Assembly: GCA_965153355.1 (NCBI GenBank)
Contig: OZ231126.1
Coordinates: 8,060,001-8,124,000 of the forward strand
DNA length: 64,000 bases
From: Flaccisagitta enflata
Lineage: Eukaryota
Direction: 5' to 3'
Part shown: in pieces, positions 39,501 through 52,400 of the stretch
How the letters are laid out: each line of letters begins with the position of its first letter
Position numbering within the stretch: the stretch's first letter is position 1
Notes under the pieces: generated by a model
What the model saw: the letters and a program-made list of their open reading frames with translations, nothing else
Databases searched by the model: none
What the model was told of the DNA's origin: nothing
Position numbers and translations under genes: made by a program

Positions 39501-42500
39501 TGATGACGTACAGTAGATGTCGTCTAGACTTGGAAACACAGGGGAATTCATATTAAGAAAACAAATAAATATAAAAAACTGATATTTGGATTATAAACTA
39601 ATAAAAAGATGCTTTATTGACAATGGGTGTTGGTTGCCATGGTTGTATTCCCGCTAAAATATCAATATTTTGATAAATTTTTTGAAGGAACATTGCTTAA
39701 AACAAAATTTGCTACGACTTTCCTACAGTATGTTCTGTAAGAATATTGCTAGTTTAGCCGTTGCTAGGGAGTGTAATTATGTGTGATAACCCTGTGATGC
39801 TCGCTAGCAACTGCCAAACGAGCGATATTTTTGTAGAACATACTGTGGGAAAGTTGTTGCAAATTGGATTTTAAGCAATGTTCCCTCGAAAAAATTTTTA
39901 ACATATTGATATTTTAGCGGGAATACATGGAAATATATTTACGTAGCAACCGACATCCATCATCAATAAAGCATCCTTTTGTTAGTTTATATACTAAATA
40001 TCAATTTCATAGGTTTGTTTATTTTCCTATTATGAATTCCCCCGTATTTCCAAGTCTAGACGACATCTACTGTAACTCGTAAGATGCCAAAACTGGAGAA
40101 AATGTCGAAAATGGCGCTGACCAAAACAACATTTATGCGCGGGACTCATTATCTTCAAACCGGCTAAGAAAGAACAAAGAAAAGACTCCATCACTGACAA
40201 CAATTACAGTGCTGACGTGGTAATTTTTTTGTGGGGATAAGTTTTGCATTACTTATTAGTTTTTGGTGTATGTTTGATTGTCTAAGTAAAGCTCGTAGCA
40301 CTTTCTTTTGTCACAGAACTTCAGCATCATCATTACATCCTCCAAAGCATCAGGGATTTCGAGCAATGATCAAGAGAAAATGGTTGTAGATGAATCTGAT
40401 ATCCGCAAGCGTCAATTTACTGCAAAGACTCTGATCGGAATTTCTATTTTTTTCTTCTTTTTTTCATAATTTGATTTCTGTTGGACCTATCATGGGGAAC
40501 TTTGGTGGAGAAACGGCGAGAAATGTTTCCTCCTTCAGGAATTTTTTGTATTGAGGTAAGATTAATATCCTTGATCTCCCAGCGTTTGGAAAAAAGTAAG
40601 TCATGTAGTTGTAGTTTAATACTGCTCTAACAAAGGGTAATACGACGTCAGGACTTGCTTAAATTGTGCACTATATTGATATTTACTACGATGATACATT
40701 CCAGAGACGATGTAACGCCGAATGACACTGAGACGTCCAGTATTGATGACCAAAAAAAGCAGAGGAAAGAGTGAAGATGGACTACGGCAACAAAGGAAGA
40801 GCAAGATCAAAGGAAAAAAACAAATAAAGGAAGAAACAATGGAGGATAAAAGTGACGACGGAGAACAATGACAACGAAGGCGAAGGCGAAGAACGACAAC
40901 GAAGGAATGGATCAATGATTATGAAGGAAGAGAACAACAACGATGAAGGAAAAGAACAACGACGATGAAGAACAAAAACGAAGATGAACAACGACGTTAA
41001 AGGGGAAGGACGTCCAAGCAAAAGGAGAAGAAAACAACAAATAAGGAAACGAACAAAGACGATGAGAAAGAAGAACAATGGCAATGGAGGATAAGAATGA
41101 CGACCATTGAGACAAATAACGAAGACGGAGAGGGACAGTCATGGATAAGAACAACAGCAACAACAAAAAGAACACCAGCAAAACGATCAAATAAAATTTA
41201 ATATTTGCCTGTTAATTTCAGTCTTTTTTAGATTGTTTTAATGACTTTGTTTTATACACCAACGTTAAATGAAGGAAGCGTAATTTTGTGAATTTTTTCT
41301 TTGCAAATCCTACATTCTTGTTTCATCAACAGGTGGCGATAAGGTTGCTTAGGCCGCAATTTGGTTGCTGAGACTAATTAGGATGCTGGGACTATGAATT
41401 GGTTTCTGAAGCTGCAAATAGGTTGCTGTGGCCGCGATTAGGTCGCCAAGGCCAGGATTAGGTTGGTAAAGCCATAAGTAGGTCGCTGAGGCCGCGAATA
41501 GGTCATTGAGGCAAAGATTAGATTGCTTTTTGAGCAGCGACCCCAAAGGGGACTAAGTCCTGTAGAACACAGGGGGACTTTTGTTTGTCATTCCATTCGT
41601 CTCACAGATTCAAGGCCTGAGAGGGCAGATTTCAGGCCTGAGAGTGTAAATTTCAGGCCTGAGAGGGCAGATTTCAGGCCTGAGAGGGTAAATTTCAGGC
41701 CTGAGAGGGCAGATTTCAGGCCTGAGAGGGCCTGGGGGGAACGGACGGAATGACGAACAAAAGTCCCCCTGTGCCTGTGTTCTACAGGACTTTGTCCCCT
41801 TTGGGGCCACTGCCCTGCTTCCTCTCACTCCATTTCACAATTATGCAAAGCATGGCAAGGGGTATCGCTGACCACATATTGCACTTGGGCGACCTGTTAT
41901 AGCAGTGGATAACATGTTGAGACAGGGATAAATTCGCTGAGGCCGGGATGAGGTCGCTGATACCAGGATTGGGTACAGTGCGACGGGAGCAATGACGACC
42001 TAGACTGGAGGATAGATTTTAAGTATCCTAATTTCATTTGATATGTAAAAAAATTCAGATTTATACTAATTAAAGGTTGCTCTATTGCTTGAATATATTG
42101 GCTTTTCTCATTTTTAGTTGCCTGAACGCGACTCTAGAAGCCGCTATATTGGTCTGTCTGTCCGTCACGTAACCTTTTCGAAATATAGCTTAAATCATCA
42201 TTTTAAAGGAACTTTTGGGTATTTTAGGGTACTTAAGGGTACTATAGAGTACTGTAGGTATCAAGGGTAATATAGGTACTTCTGGGTACTTCAGGTTAAT
42301 TTAGGGTACTTATGGGTACTTTAGGGTATTGCAGGTACTTAAGGGTATCTTAGGGTACCTTAAGGTACATTAGGTAATAAAGGGTACTCAAGGTACTTTA
42401 AGTTCCTAATTTTAATCTATCACCTTTACTATCTTTACTTTTTACACCTTTATTACCTTTATTACCTTCATTACTTTTATTACTTTTTTGACCTTATTGA

Positions 42501-44136
42501 CCTTAATTACCTTTATTACCTTTACTACCGTTAGTACCAGGCGACTAAGGTTTGTTGACCTTGTTCAAACTTGTGACTTGACTTCATCAGGGCTTCATTT
42601 TTCGATGTTATAACCTAGCTCATCAGAGCGGGCAAAAAATTCCATATGTTTTAGAAAAAAAATCAGCTCAATTGGACCATTTTTACAGTTTTTATACCAG
42701 TTTGAAGCTTTGCCCAGATATTAATTTACATAATTGTTCTTTTTGAAAAATAACTTTAAAACCTGTAAAAATAGTCCGATTGAGGTGATTTTTTTTTCAA
42801 TAAAATATAAAACTTTCAGCCCGATCTGATGGGCTAGGTTAGAACGTTGAAAAATGAAGTCCTATTAGAGTCAAGTCACAAGTTGAAGAATAAGAAAAGC
42901 TAACATATTCAAGCAATAAAGCAGCCTTTAATTAACATAGATCTAAATTTTTTTCATAAATCAAATGAAATTATAATACCTTAAATCTATCGTCCAGTCT
43001 AGGTCGTCTTTGCTCCCATTGTACTGTAGCCTAGAAAAGGTTTAGGAAGCCATGATTAGGTAGCTGTGGCCATGATTATGTGCACGCTTCCTAATCATTT
43101 GAGTTTTTTTCTTCTCATCCTGCTAATTGTATGATGCGTTCTTTGCACTGTCGCTTATTTTGCGGACAAAAACATGACAGATGTATATATTAGGTTGCAT
43201 AACAGCTGTAAGACAAATTGCGCAGCTGTGACACGTATGCGTGGCCATAATGAGTCATGCTTGGTTGTAACGCATTACAGGTGGTTGTAACGTGTCATGC
43301 GCAGTTGTAACATGACACACGCTGTTGTATCATGTCATTCACAGCTGTGACGTGTCAAATGTGATTGAAACGCATCACGCACGGTTGTAACGCTACTATC
43401 ACATAACGCGCGGCCGCTGTATGTATCATGTAATACAAACAAGCCCGGTTGGGCAACAATGCGTCCACACTGTTTCTGCATGATATGATTTACACCATAG
43501 TAGACAAGGTCATAACTCATAAGCATTTTCTGTGCAAAAAATCAAGGTAATCGGTCAATTCGTCTTTGAGTTATGGCCGTTCAAAGTTCGGATAAATAGT
43601 CATAATGATTTCGATTCGCGAAACAATTTGCTCGTTTTAGATCTGATCGTCGATCATTAAGGATCGGTCAACCATCATTCCCCATAAAATCAGTAAGATG
43701 CCATGGCCTAATGGTATTGTCATTGAACTTAAGATCACGTGATCACGAGTTCGATTCCGCTGCTTCGTCCCTTTTTGAAACAAGCCATTTAAGCAAAAGA
43801 GGGGTGAAGGGGAGGCACGTGAGAGATATTAAGTGGCAGCGAGGGTGAGCAAACGTCAAAGAGCAGTAAAGAAGCAATAATTAAAGGCATATTTGGCTGG
43901 AAGTATTTGATCAAAATTCTGAGCCCGGCAATTGAAAAGTCCAATGCCTGGCATTGGATAAGCTGCAAAATTCACATCAAAGCTCAAAGACCATCTTTCT
44001 TCAAAATTTATTGATGGTTAGATAGAAAATGTGTGTGTGCGTGTGCGTGCGTGTGTGTGCGCGCGTGCGTGTGTGTGCGCGCGTGCGTGTGTGTGTGCGC
44101 GCGTGCGTGTGTGTGTGCGCGCGTGCGTGTGTCTTT

Positions 44137-44196
<60 letters not shown>

Positions 44197-47100
44197 GAGA
44201 GTAAAAGACAGAGATCGAGTGTAGAAACGGATAGATAAAACAAGGCCGGATACACGGCAATCCAGTCGCGGATGGTTGGGCAGGAGCAATAATGCGAAAA
44301 CCGCTCGGAATTCATTGACATACCGACGTACCGATGTACCGACTGACACAGCAAGGTGGAGTCGCGTGTCCGTGACTAAAAACTAGTTAATGCGCTGTCC
44401 TTCAGATAGACTTAGATAGTCTTACCTTCAGTAAAAAGACAAGCACTCAGACATGAAGCGGCCAAGGCTGGTTTAACACTCCAATATTTTATCATCAGGA
44501 CGGCATTTCATGGAGACAACTGCAATATAATATCACCATCACCTTCTACCAAGATGAACGCAAATGGTGAGTGTAAAAGAGACAGATTGACTGACAGACA
44601 TGCAGATTGGAAAACATATGGACCCACACCAACACCACACACACACACACTCACAAATACTCAGGTACAGGCCGTACAGCATCTGAAACTGAAAGTTAAT
44701 TTTGCGGCTCTCTACAACGTGCGCGCCTCATTGGATGGGTCTTTACATCGTTATCACACATGTTGGTTGAATAATGGAGCTCCGCATTTTTATACTCTGT
44801 TCATATTATGATTTTGTATGGATTGCGAGGGTAGATAAGGCTAATTTGGAAGCATTCAGGGGGCGTGGTAAAACATTCATGAATTCAATTGGAGAATGAT
44901 TGGATTGACATGAATTGTAAGAGTTGCGCAGTGGTGTACCTAAATTTTTATTCAGGGCTAAATCAGGAAAAGAGTTGATCACTTAGTGATAATCTACGAG
45001 CCGTCACTAGGCAGAGATTTGTTCTGCAGACGTGAATTGAGATGAATTGTAGTTATTGAAGTTCCGACTGTCGTTTTAAATTGATTGGTCCAAGACCTGC
45101 ACTGAAACTTGAAAGGTCAAGTAGCATCATTTGTTTGCTTTGCTTTGCTTTGCAATTGTTTTTTTTTCAATGTTCTGTTTTGTGTAGTTACGTATGTCTG
45201 TGTTCGTTTGCGTGGTGTGCATTAGTTTAAGTATGCCTTGCCTCTTTATTGCCCTCATTGAAATGAATCTTCTATAAAGAAATACAAATGAAATACTGAT
45301 CAGTAATCTGTCTCCCATGATTAATTGCAAAATGCTCAATGTCAGCCCTACTGTGACACCACGTGGGCGTCGGATATGCACAGATACAGTGAATCTGTTG
45401 CTTCAGGCAGAGCATATATATTCAGTGAGTTTTTGTGGCTTTTCAGCATCAAGTTAGACAGATAGAAAAAAAATCCCAGACTTTGCCAATTTCGCGTCAG
45501 ATTCAGTCGGAATACGGTACGGCCAAAAATAGGGTACAGGACAATTTGTCGTGTTTTGAAACCAGTTTGGGAATTGGAGATTCGACATCTCAGATGCGTT
45601 AGTCTTAGTTTTCTTCTACATTTGCTAGAATTTGAATGGAGGCGAGTATTCACACAATTTTTTTTTTAAATGAAAGCTAATAGCTGAAATAAGATACCAT
45701 ACACTTTGCAAGTCGATAGACGTGATGTAAGTGTGTAAAAATTGTAGTTAAAAACATTGTTTTTCCTTCTAATTGCGCATGGCCTTCTGTTTCCTCTCTA
45801 GAGCTTTCTCTAAAACTTCAAATAATTTGTAGGACACCAGAGTCTGGCAAGCCGTAACGCATTTTGGTAAAAAAGGTGTTACATGAGTGGAACTCAATAA
45901 GTTGAATTGATTATCGGTAGCTTCGAAGCGAGGTTTTGCTCTCATGATGACGAAAGTCGCTCGGCCAATCCGAGATCGGAACAGTTGAGATCGAACCAAT
46001 GAGAGTCAACTATGAGGGCAACTCAAAAAGAGAGAGCAATACTAGAAATTCGATAGCTTAACTTTGGCATAGTACTACTACTATGCCGAAGCATACTTTT
46101 CTTTCGTTTATACACGATTGGAAAGCCCATATCCTCAACCTTTTTTGGAGAGATTTCCAGCTTTGCCAACCAAACTGTTCTCTCTCTGGAAGTTGTTGTT
46201 CAAAAAAGGGAAATAGAAATTGAGTGAAAAAAGGAGAATTTTTTTTTTAAATTGGCTAAAAAACATTCTAAATGATAACTTTTTTAAATTCTGATTGCAC
46301 CACTGCGTTTATCTGCGTTTCTACTTTCAAAAATGGTAAAGAACGCCAATATTAAGTGCCCCACTGAGAGGTGAGATCAGGTCTACGACCACATATCAGA
46401 GAAACTGAGATTTTGCTTGTTTATTTTTATTTTGGAGTAAGGTGACGATAATAGGGCAAAAAAAGACTGCCAATCAATGCGGTCAATGGTCTAGTTTTCT
46501 TGAAAAAAAACCGCGATCCTCTATGTTAACTTTTTTTTTCCACCTACTCAAAGTATATGGAGAGTTAACATTTCAAAGTGCGTTTTTGATTACTTTTATA
46601 ATATCACTACCTAGAACTAAAGAGATTTGGGATTTTTGATCCATTTTAGGGACCGCGAGTTCCATTTATTTATCACCACTCCACGGTGGTTGTGGTGTAA
46701 ATATTGAAATTTAGTCACTTTGGGCTCAAAATTGGGCCACTTTAGTCTGGAAATTTGACCCGAAATCTGTGAGATTATGAAACAAGAGCTCAAGAGCTAA
46801 CCAGTGGTGCAATCTGCATGTTGCCATCATTTTTTGCTAAGATTTGAGAGCTTTTCAAAGATGGAAGGGTATGAGGGTTATTTTACCAATTGAATTTGGT
46901 GGTCAATTTTGATATTTTTTACATTTTTTGTTATATCTCCACTTTGGATAGACAAATCTGGATGAAATTGGTGACCAAATTGAAGAGTTTTTGATGCTCT
47001 AAGTGAATCTGGTAAAATTTTGATCAATATGACTCAAAATTTTGGTAGACTCTAGAAGCAGGTAAAAAGATTTTTTCACCATTTGGCTACTTTGTCAAAA

Positions 47101-48536
47101 TTTGGCACTTCAGATAGAAAATGACAAAAAATCAGTGGGCAAATTAAACTACTGTTCAAGATCTAACAAATGGTGCAATCGGGATGTCGATATGTTGAAG
47201 CATATAGATTTGGCAGAGCTTTTGGGCTCATAATGACCAAAAAATGTCATTTTATTATACCCACTGATCTTTGAAACTTCGCAAAATCTATATGCTTTAA
47301 CCTATTGACATGCCGATTGCACCATTGGTTAGATCTTGAACAGTACTTTAATTTGCCCACTGATTTTTTAGCATTTTCTATCTCAGAAGTGCCCAAATTT
47401 TTTGACCAAAGTAGCCAAAATGGCGAAAAAAATCATGTTTAAGCACCTGCTTGTAGAGTCTCCCAAAAATTTTGAGGGTCATTTTGATCCAAAATTTTAC
47501 CAGATTCATCTAGAGTATCAAAAACTCTTCAATTTGGTCACCAATTTCATCCAGATTTGTCCATCCAAAGCGGAAATATATCAAAAATTGTAAAAAATGT
47601 CAAAATTGACCACCAAATTCAATTGGTAAAATAACCCTCATACCCTTCCATCTTTGAAAAGCTCTCAAATCTTAAAAAAAAATAATAGCAACATGCGATT
47701 TGCACCACTGGTTAGCTCTTGAGCTCTAGTTTCATAATATCACAGATTTCGGGTCAAATTTCCAAACCAAAGTGGCCCGATTTTAGCCCAAAGTGACCAA
47801 ATTTCAACATTTTCACCACAACCACCTTGGAGTGGTGACAAATAAATGGAACTCGCGGTCCCTATAATGGATCAAAAATCCCTAATCTCTTTAATTCTAG
47901 GTAGTGATATCATAAAAATAATCAAAAACGATCGGGTTTTGAGCACATGAGGGGGAAAACACACTCAGCATACTCACTCTAAAACACAGACAATCATAAC
48001 TGCTCGTATTCACACTTTCCACTCGATCACCACGGACCGACGGACGGACAAAGCAGTACAGTTGCGTGTCCGCCAAAAAAAAAAAAAAAAAAAAAACCCA
48101 GAAACTCGATAATAGCCAATTTCATTTTCATTTTCATTGTCATTAGGTCTGGACCTACTTCTAAGGATGTTAAAAAATATAAAAAAATTCTTAATTTTTC
48201 TTTGTTTGTGTTAGGTTGAATTTAAAAGCATCTAAATATGAGACTTTTGACTTCACAATCACCCTACAACATCACCATAATCCCTTCCCCCCCCCAATGA
48301 TTTCAAAAGGGACTACCCCATCTGTTGACCTGATAGACGTGTCCTCCATCTCGAGAAGCGGCTGCGTAGTGAAGCGCCGTTCTTCCCACGTTGTCTGTCA
48401 AGTTGACCGAGTTGCTGTAAGTCTCAGCCAAATACTGGGCGATGTCCGAACACTCGTAAATAACGGCCTATGGATGGATGGGTAGAAAGGGAATCGTGGG
48501 AAAAACATGACTCAAGCAAGAAAATCCCCACACTCA

Positions 48537-48627
<91 letters not shown>

Positions 48628-49274
48628 CTAGATACTGCTATACTGCTGTTGCACACAAACAAGCACTTGCCTTGTGCAGTCAGCAGTGGTGATTTCCCCG
48701 TTTGGTCTCTAGGTGCAGCGATGCTGCTGTTGCACATGTAAAGGCACTTACCTTGTGCAGCGGTGATTTTCCCGTATGGTCTCTAGATGCTGCTATGCTG
48801 CTGTTGCACACATAAAAGCACCTACCTTGTGCAGCGGTGATTTCCCCTTTTGGTCTCTAGAAACTGCTATGCTGCTGTTGCACATATAAAAGCACTTACC
48901 TTGTGCAGCGGTGATTTCCCCGTTTGGTCTCTAGATGCTGCTATGCTGCTGTTGCACATATAAAAGCACTTACCTTGTGCAGCGGTGATTTCCCCGTTTG
49001 GTCTCTAGATGCTGCTATGCTGCTGTTGCACATATAAAAGCAATTACCTTGTGCAGCGGTGATTTCCCCGTTTGGTCTCTAGATGCTGCTATGCTGCTGT
49101 TGCATTGCGCCGTGACGTCTTCTAGTTCGTCCATCTTGGCTGCTCGATGAACTGCTTCCATTTTCCCTCTCAAATCAGGAACAGAATCAACGAATTTCTT
49201 CACCGCATCGCTGGCAGCTGCGAAAGGGTGGGGGGAAGATGGGAATTGTAAATGTACTTACACTCTAACAGGTA

Positions 49275-49347
<73 letters not shown>

Positions 49348-49373
49348 CGTTGTCGTTGTCGTTGTCGTCGTCG

Positions 49374-49423
<50 letters not shown>

Positions 49424-52400
49424 ATAGTTGTTGTCGTTTTTTTCGATTGTCATTACCTTTTGTCATCTGACCTTCTTGACAAAACATGTTGTCCTTTGTC
49501 ATTTGACTTACTTGATAAAGCTGACTGTCCTTTGTCATCTGACTTACTTGACAAAACATGTTGTTCTTTGTCTTCTGACTTACTTGACAAAGCTGGTTGT
49601 CCCTTGTCATCCAAGACATTGAATTTATGATGACCATCGTAAAGAAGAGATTCCATTTTTGCCACATTCGACGTTTGAATCAAATCTGTTATCTGATGTG
49701 TATAAATAAACGAGACCGATATCAATTTTCCCCTAGAATAGTCTAAACTAACAATTCTCTTTGCGTCTTGGTAACTCTGCATAAGACTTTGTCCGTTCAT
49801 TCGTCCGTCTGTCCATCGGTCTGCCAGTCGTTGGTCCGTCCATCTGCAGTATTCTGCACGTTAGCCCATAAGAATAAAGCTCATTTACATAATCTTCCAC
49901 GATGCCCTTGATTGATACAGGTGCGTTTCCCATTTTCACGTAGTCGCTGATTGAGAGTCCATCTTGATCTCTTTCTGTGAGCGGGACTTTCTCTAACAAC
50001 ACTTTGGCAGTGTCCTCGGCTTTGCTCAGTACCGCGATGTGCAACAGGGATTGCCCTAGGATATAGGATGGAAGTACAGATCGCATAATTAAAGATGGTG
50101 TGCCGTTTTTTATACCCACCCCCACCTAAACTGATCATGATAGCTCCTTAAAATTTGACATGCAGGGCCAGAGGGTGAATAGATTTGGGGCCAGCAAGGC
50201 AATCTCTAATATTTTGCCCCAAAACCAAGATTCAGGGAGGAGCTAGGGCGACGCTGCCCTTTGTGTCTTTTCACCCCAAATCTCGGGCTTTGGGCAACAT
50301 AACAAAAGTCGGCTCGGTGGCCCCAAATCTATTCACCTGTAGCCCCTACATGTCAAATTTTAACTCGCTAGCATGTCCTGCTTGTTGTTGTTGTGTGCTG
50401 TTGGTGGGGGTGGGTTGAAAATGCGTCACACTATCTTTAAATGTGTCGCACTGTGTAGAGATTTTCCCAATTGTGATTATCAGATCAGAGAAAGCTTTTA
50501 CTTAACCCTCTGATTTTCGGAACAACGCAACATGCAACAGGGGCACAGACCACCAAATCCCACCCTGATGGGAAATAAGCCCCTAGCGACACTTTATCCC
50601 ACTCAAGCCACCTATAGGGGCTGGCCTGCGATGGTAGTACAGATTTTCCCAATCATGCATATCAGATCAGAAAGACTTTTGAAGCTTCTTTTCGCTTTAG
50701 AAAGCAAAGAAAGGCCAGTTATAAGTTCATGATTCGTGAATTGTTTGTCCCCGGCACTTAGCACCGCGATGTGTGATATATTTTGGCCTGTTTACTTGTG
50801 AATATTGGCCCCACCCTCTTCCTGCACCGACCTGGACTCATTTGAAGATTAAACCATGTCAGCAAAACTATAGGCTTCCTATGGCAATAAAAGAATCCCC
50901 ATAAGAAGCTAGAAGCCTATGGTTTTGCCGACAAGGTTTTTCGTTTAATTTCACACCCCACCTGTGAGAAACCCTTCTTTAACTGGAATTCTGTGCAAAA
51001 GCCTTGAGTAAATCAGTATTTGAATTTCGATCGGATCCCCGACCACTCTTACCGACAATGCATTAAGCAGCGTACATAGGTCTCATAGTCGTATGAGATT
51101 TGTCACTACAGCCAATACAGCTGTACAAAATTGTCTCTCAACATTGACAAATATGGATCTTTACTTAGCAAAAGGCGGGTGTCTTTTGATTCCCCTAAAC
51201 ATGGCTCAAAGCGAATGATCAATCTGGCAAGGTTAAGCTTGACGCATTACAGGTGTTTGCTCAACACGGCAATATGCAAAAAAGATCGACCTGAACTCTT
51301 CAAAGAACGAATGAATGTTGAGATGAAAAATGGATTTTGGAGGAGAAGCGCATTCAAGCGCGGGAAAAACCCAGGAGAGATTTCCTCACTTTTTACACCT
51401 TTACTTTCCATCTTCTTCTCATCCTAAACCTCTCATATTTAAGGGAGTGTGTCTGTAGGAGATAAGGTAGGTCCGTCCGTAGCGCGTAGGTCCGTAGGTA
51501 GTTAACGTGAAACTTTGAATGACGTGGATTCGGCCGAAATGAATTGTTCTGAGCGTTATTCCCACCAAAAATACAGCCCTTGCCAAGCTACATGACTGCT
51601 CCTGCCCACCCGCATTACATTCAATTTTTTTATATAACAACATGTCATTTTTCAGTGCTCAGTGTTCTTATTTCTACAGCGATTTGAAGCTCAAATTGTT
51701 CTTAGGATGTTCTTATTTTACAATTGAATCACCAGCTTGTGCAGGAATGTTCTTTTATCTGGTTACCTAACTCTGATTCTCAATTGAAAGGATATGAGAA
51801 CCAAAATATTGATCATAAACATATCAAATTTCAATATAAGAGTGACTAAAGTCAATTGTTATGATCAAATAGTATCGCTTCCACCATATTCCCTCTTTTT
51901 GAGGCTGGCGATGTCCTTATGATTGTTCTTATTTTTTTCCACATCTGAGCCTCAATGTTCTTATAAACAAAGTTCTTAGTCAAAGAAAGGAGTGTACTGC
52001 CTCTGCCCAACCACAGGCGACAACTAATTGGACTGGTATCAGGCCTTTTTGGGCAGCGGCCCCAAAGGGAACGATGTCCTATAGAACACATGGGGACATT
52101 TCCCTTCATTCGTTTGTTCGTCCATCCGTTCGTTCCTCTGTCCGTTCATTCGTCCATCCCCCCAGGCCTTCTCAGGCCTGAAATCTTCCCTCTCACTCCA
52201 GAACTCTGCCCTTTCAGGCCTTGAATCTGCCCTCTCAGGCCTAAAATCTGCCCTCTCAGGCCAAAAATCCGCCCTCTCAAGCCTTAAATCTGCCCTCGCG
52301 TTTAACCAGTTTGAAAGTATCTATTCTGCACAAAATAATCAGTCATCGCTGAGCTCAACACATTTTTAAAGCGACCCAATACATTTGGGTGCTTCGCATA

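Larger units (their letters stand above)
38476..47968. mobile_element. Putative ~9.5-kb composite TIR element in an intron of the ankyrin gene
   Basis: Inverted TGTTTTCCCCCTCATGTGCTCAAAACCC near both ends; CATACTCA direct repeat at 38468-38475 and 47969-47976; flanks look like two halves of one HINE. Confidence 0.6.

Noticed and set aside
39109-39556. MKTT-repeat or hydrophobic ORFs
   Set aside because: Alternative frames of a decayed GAY/GAR-rich tract with stops, interrupted by a MITE.
50961-51120. Small ankyrin-gene exons
   Set aside because: Exon 53855-53966 joins 50055 directly to complete an ankyrin motif; the candidate upstream segment contains stops.
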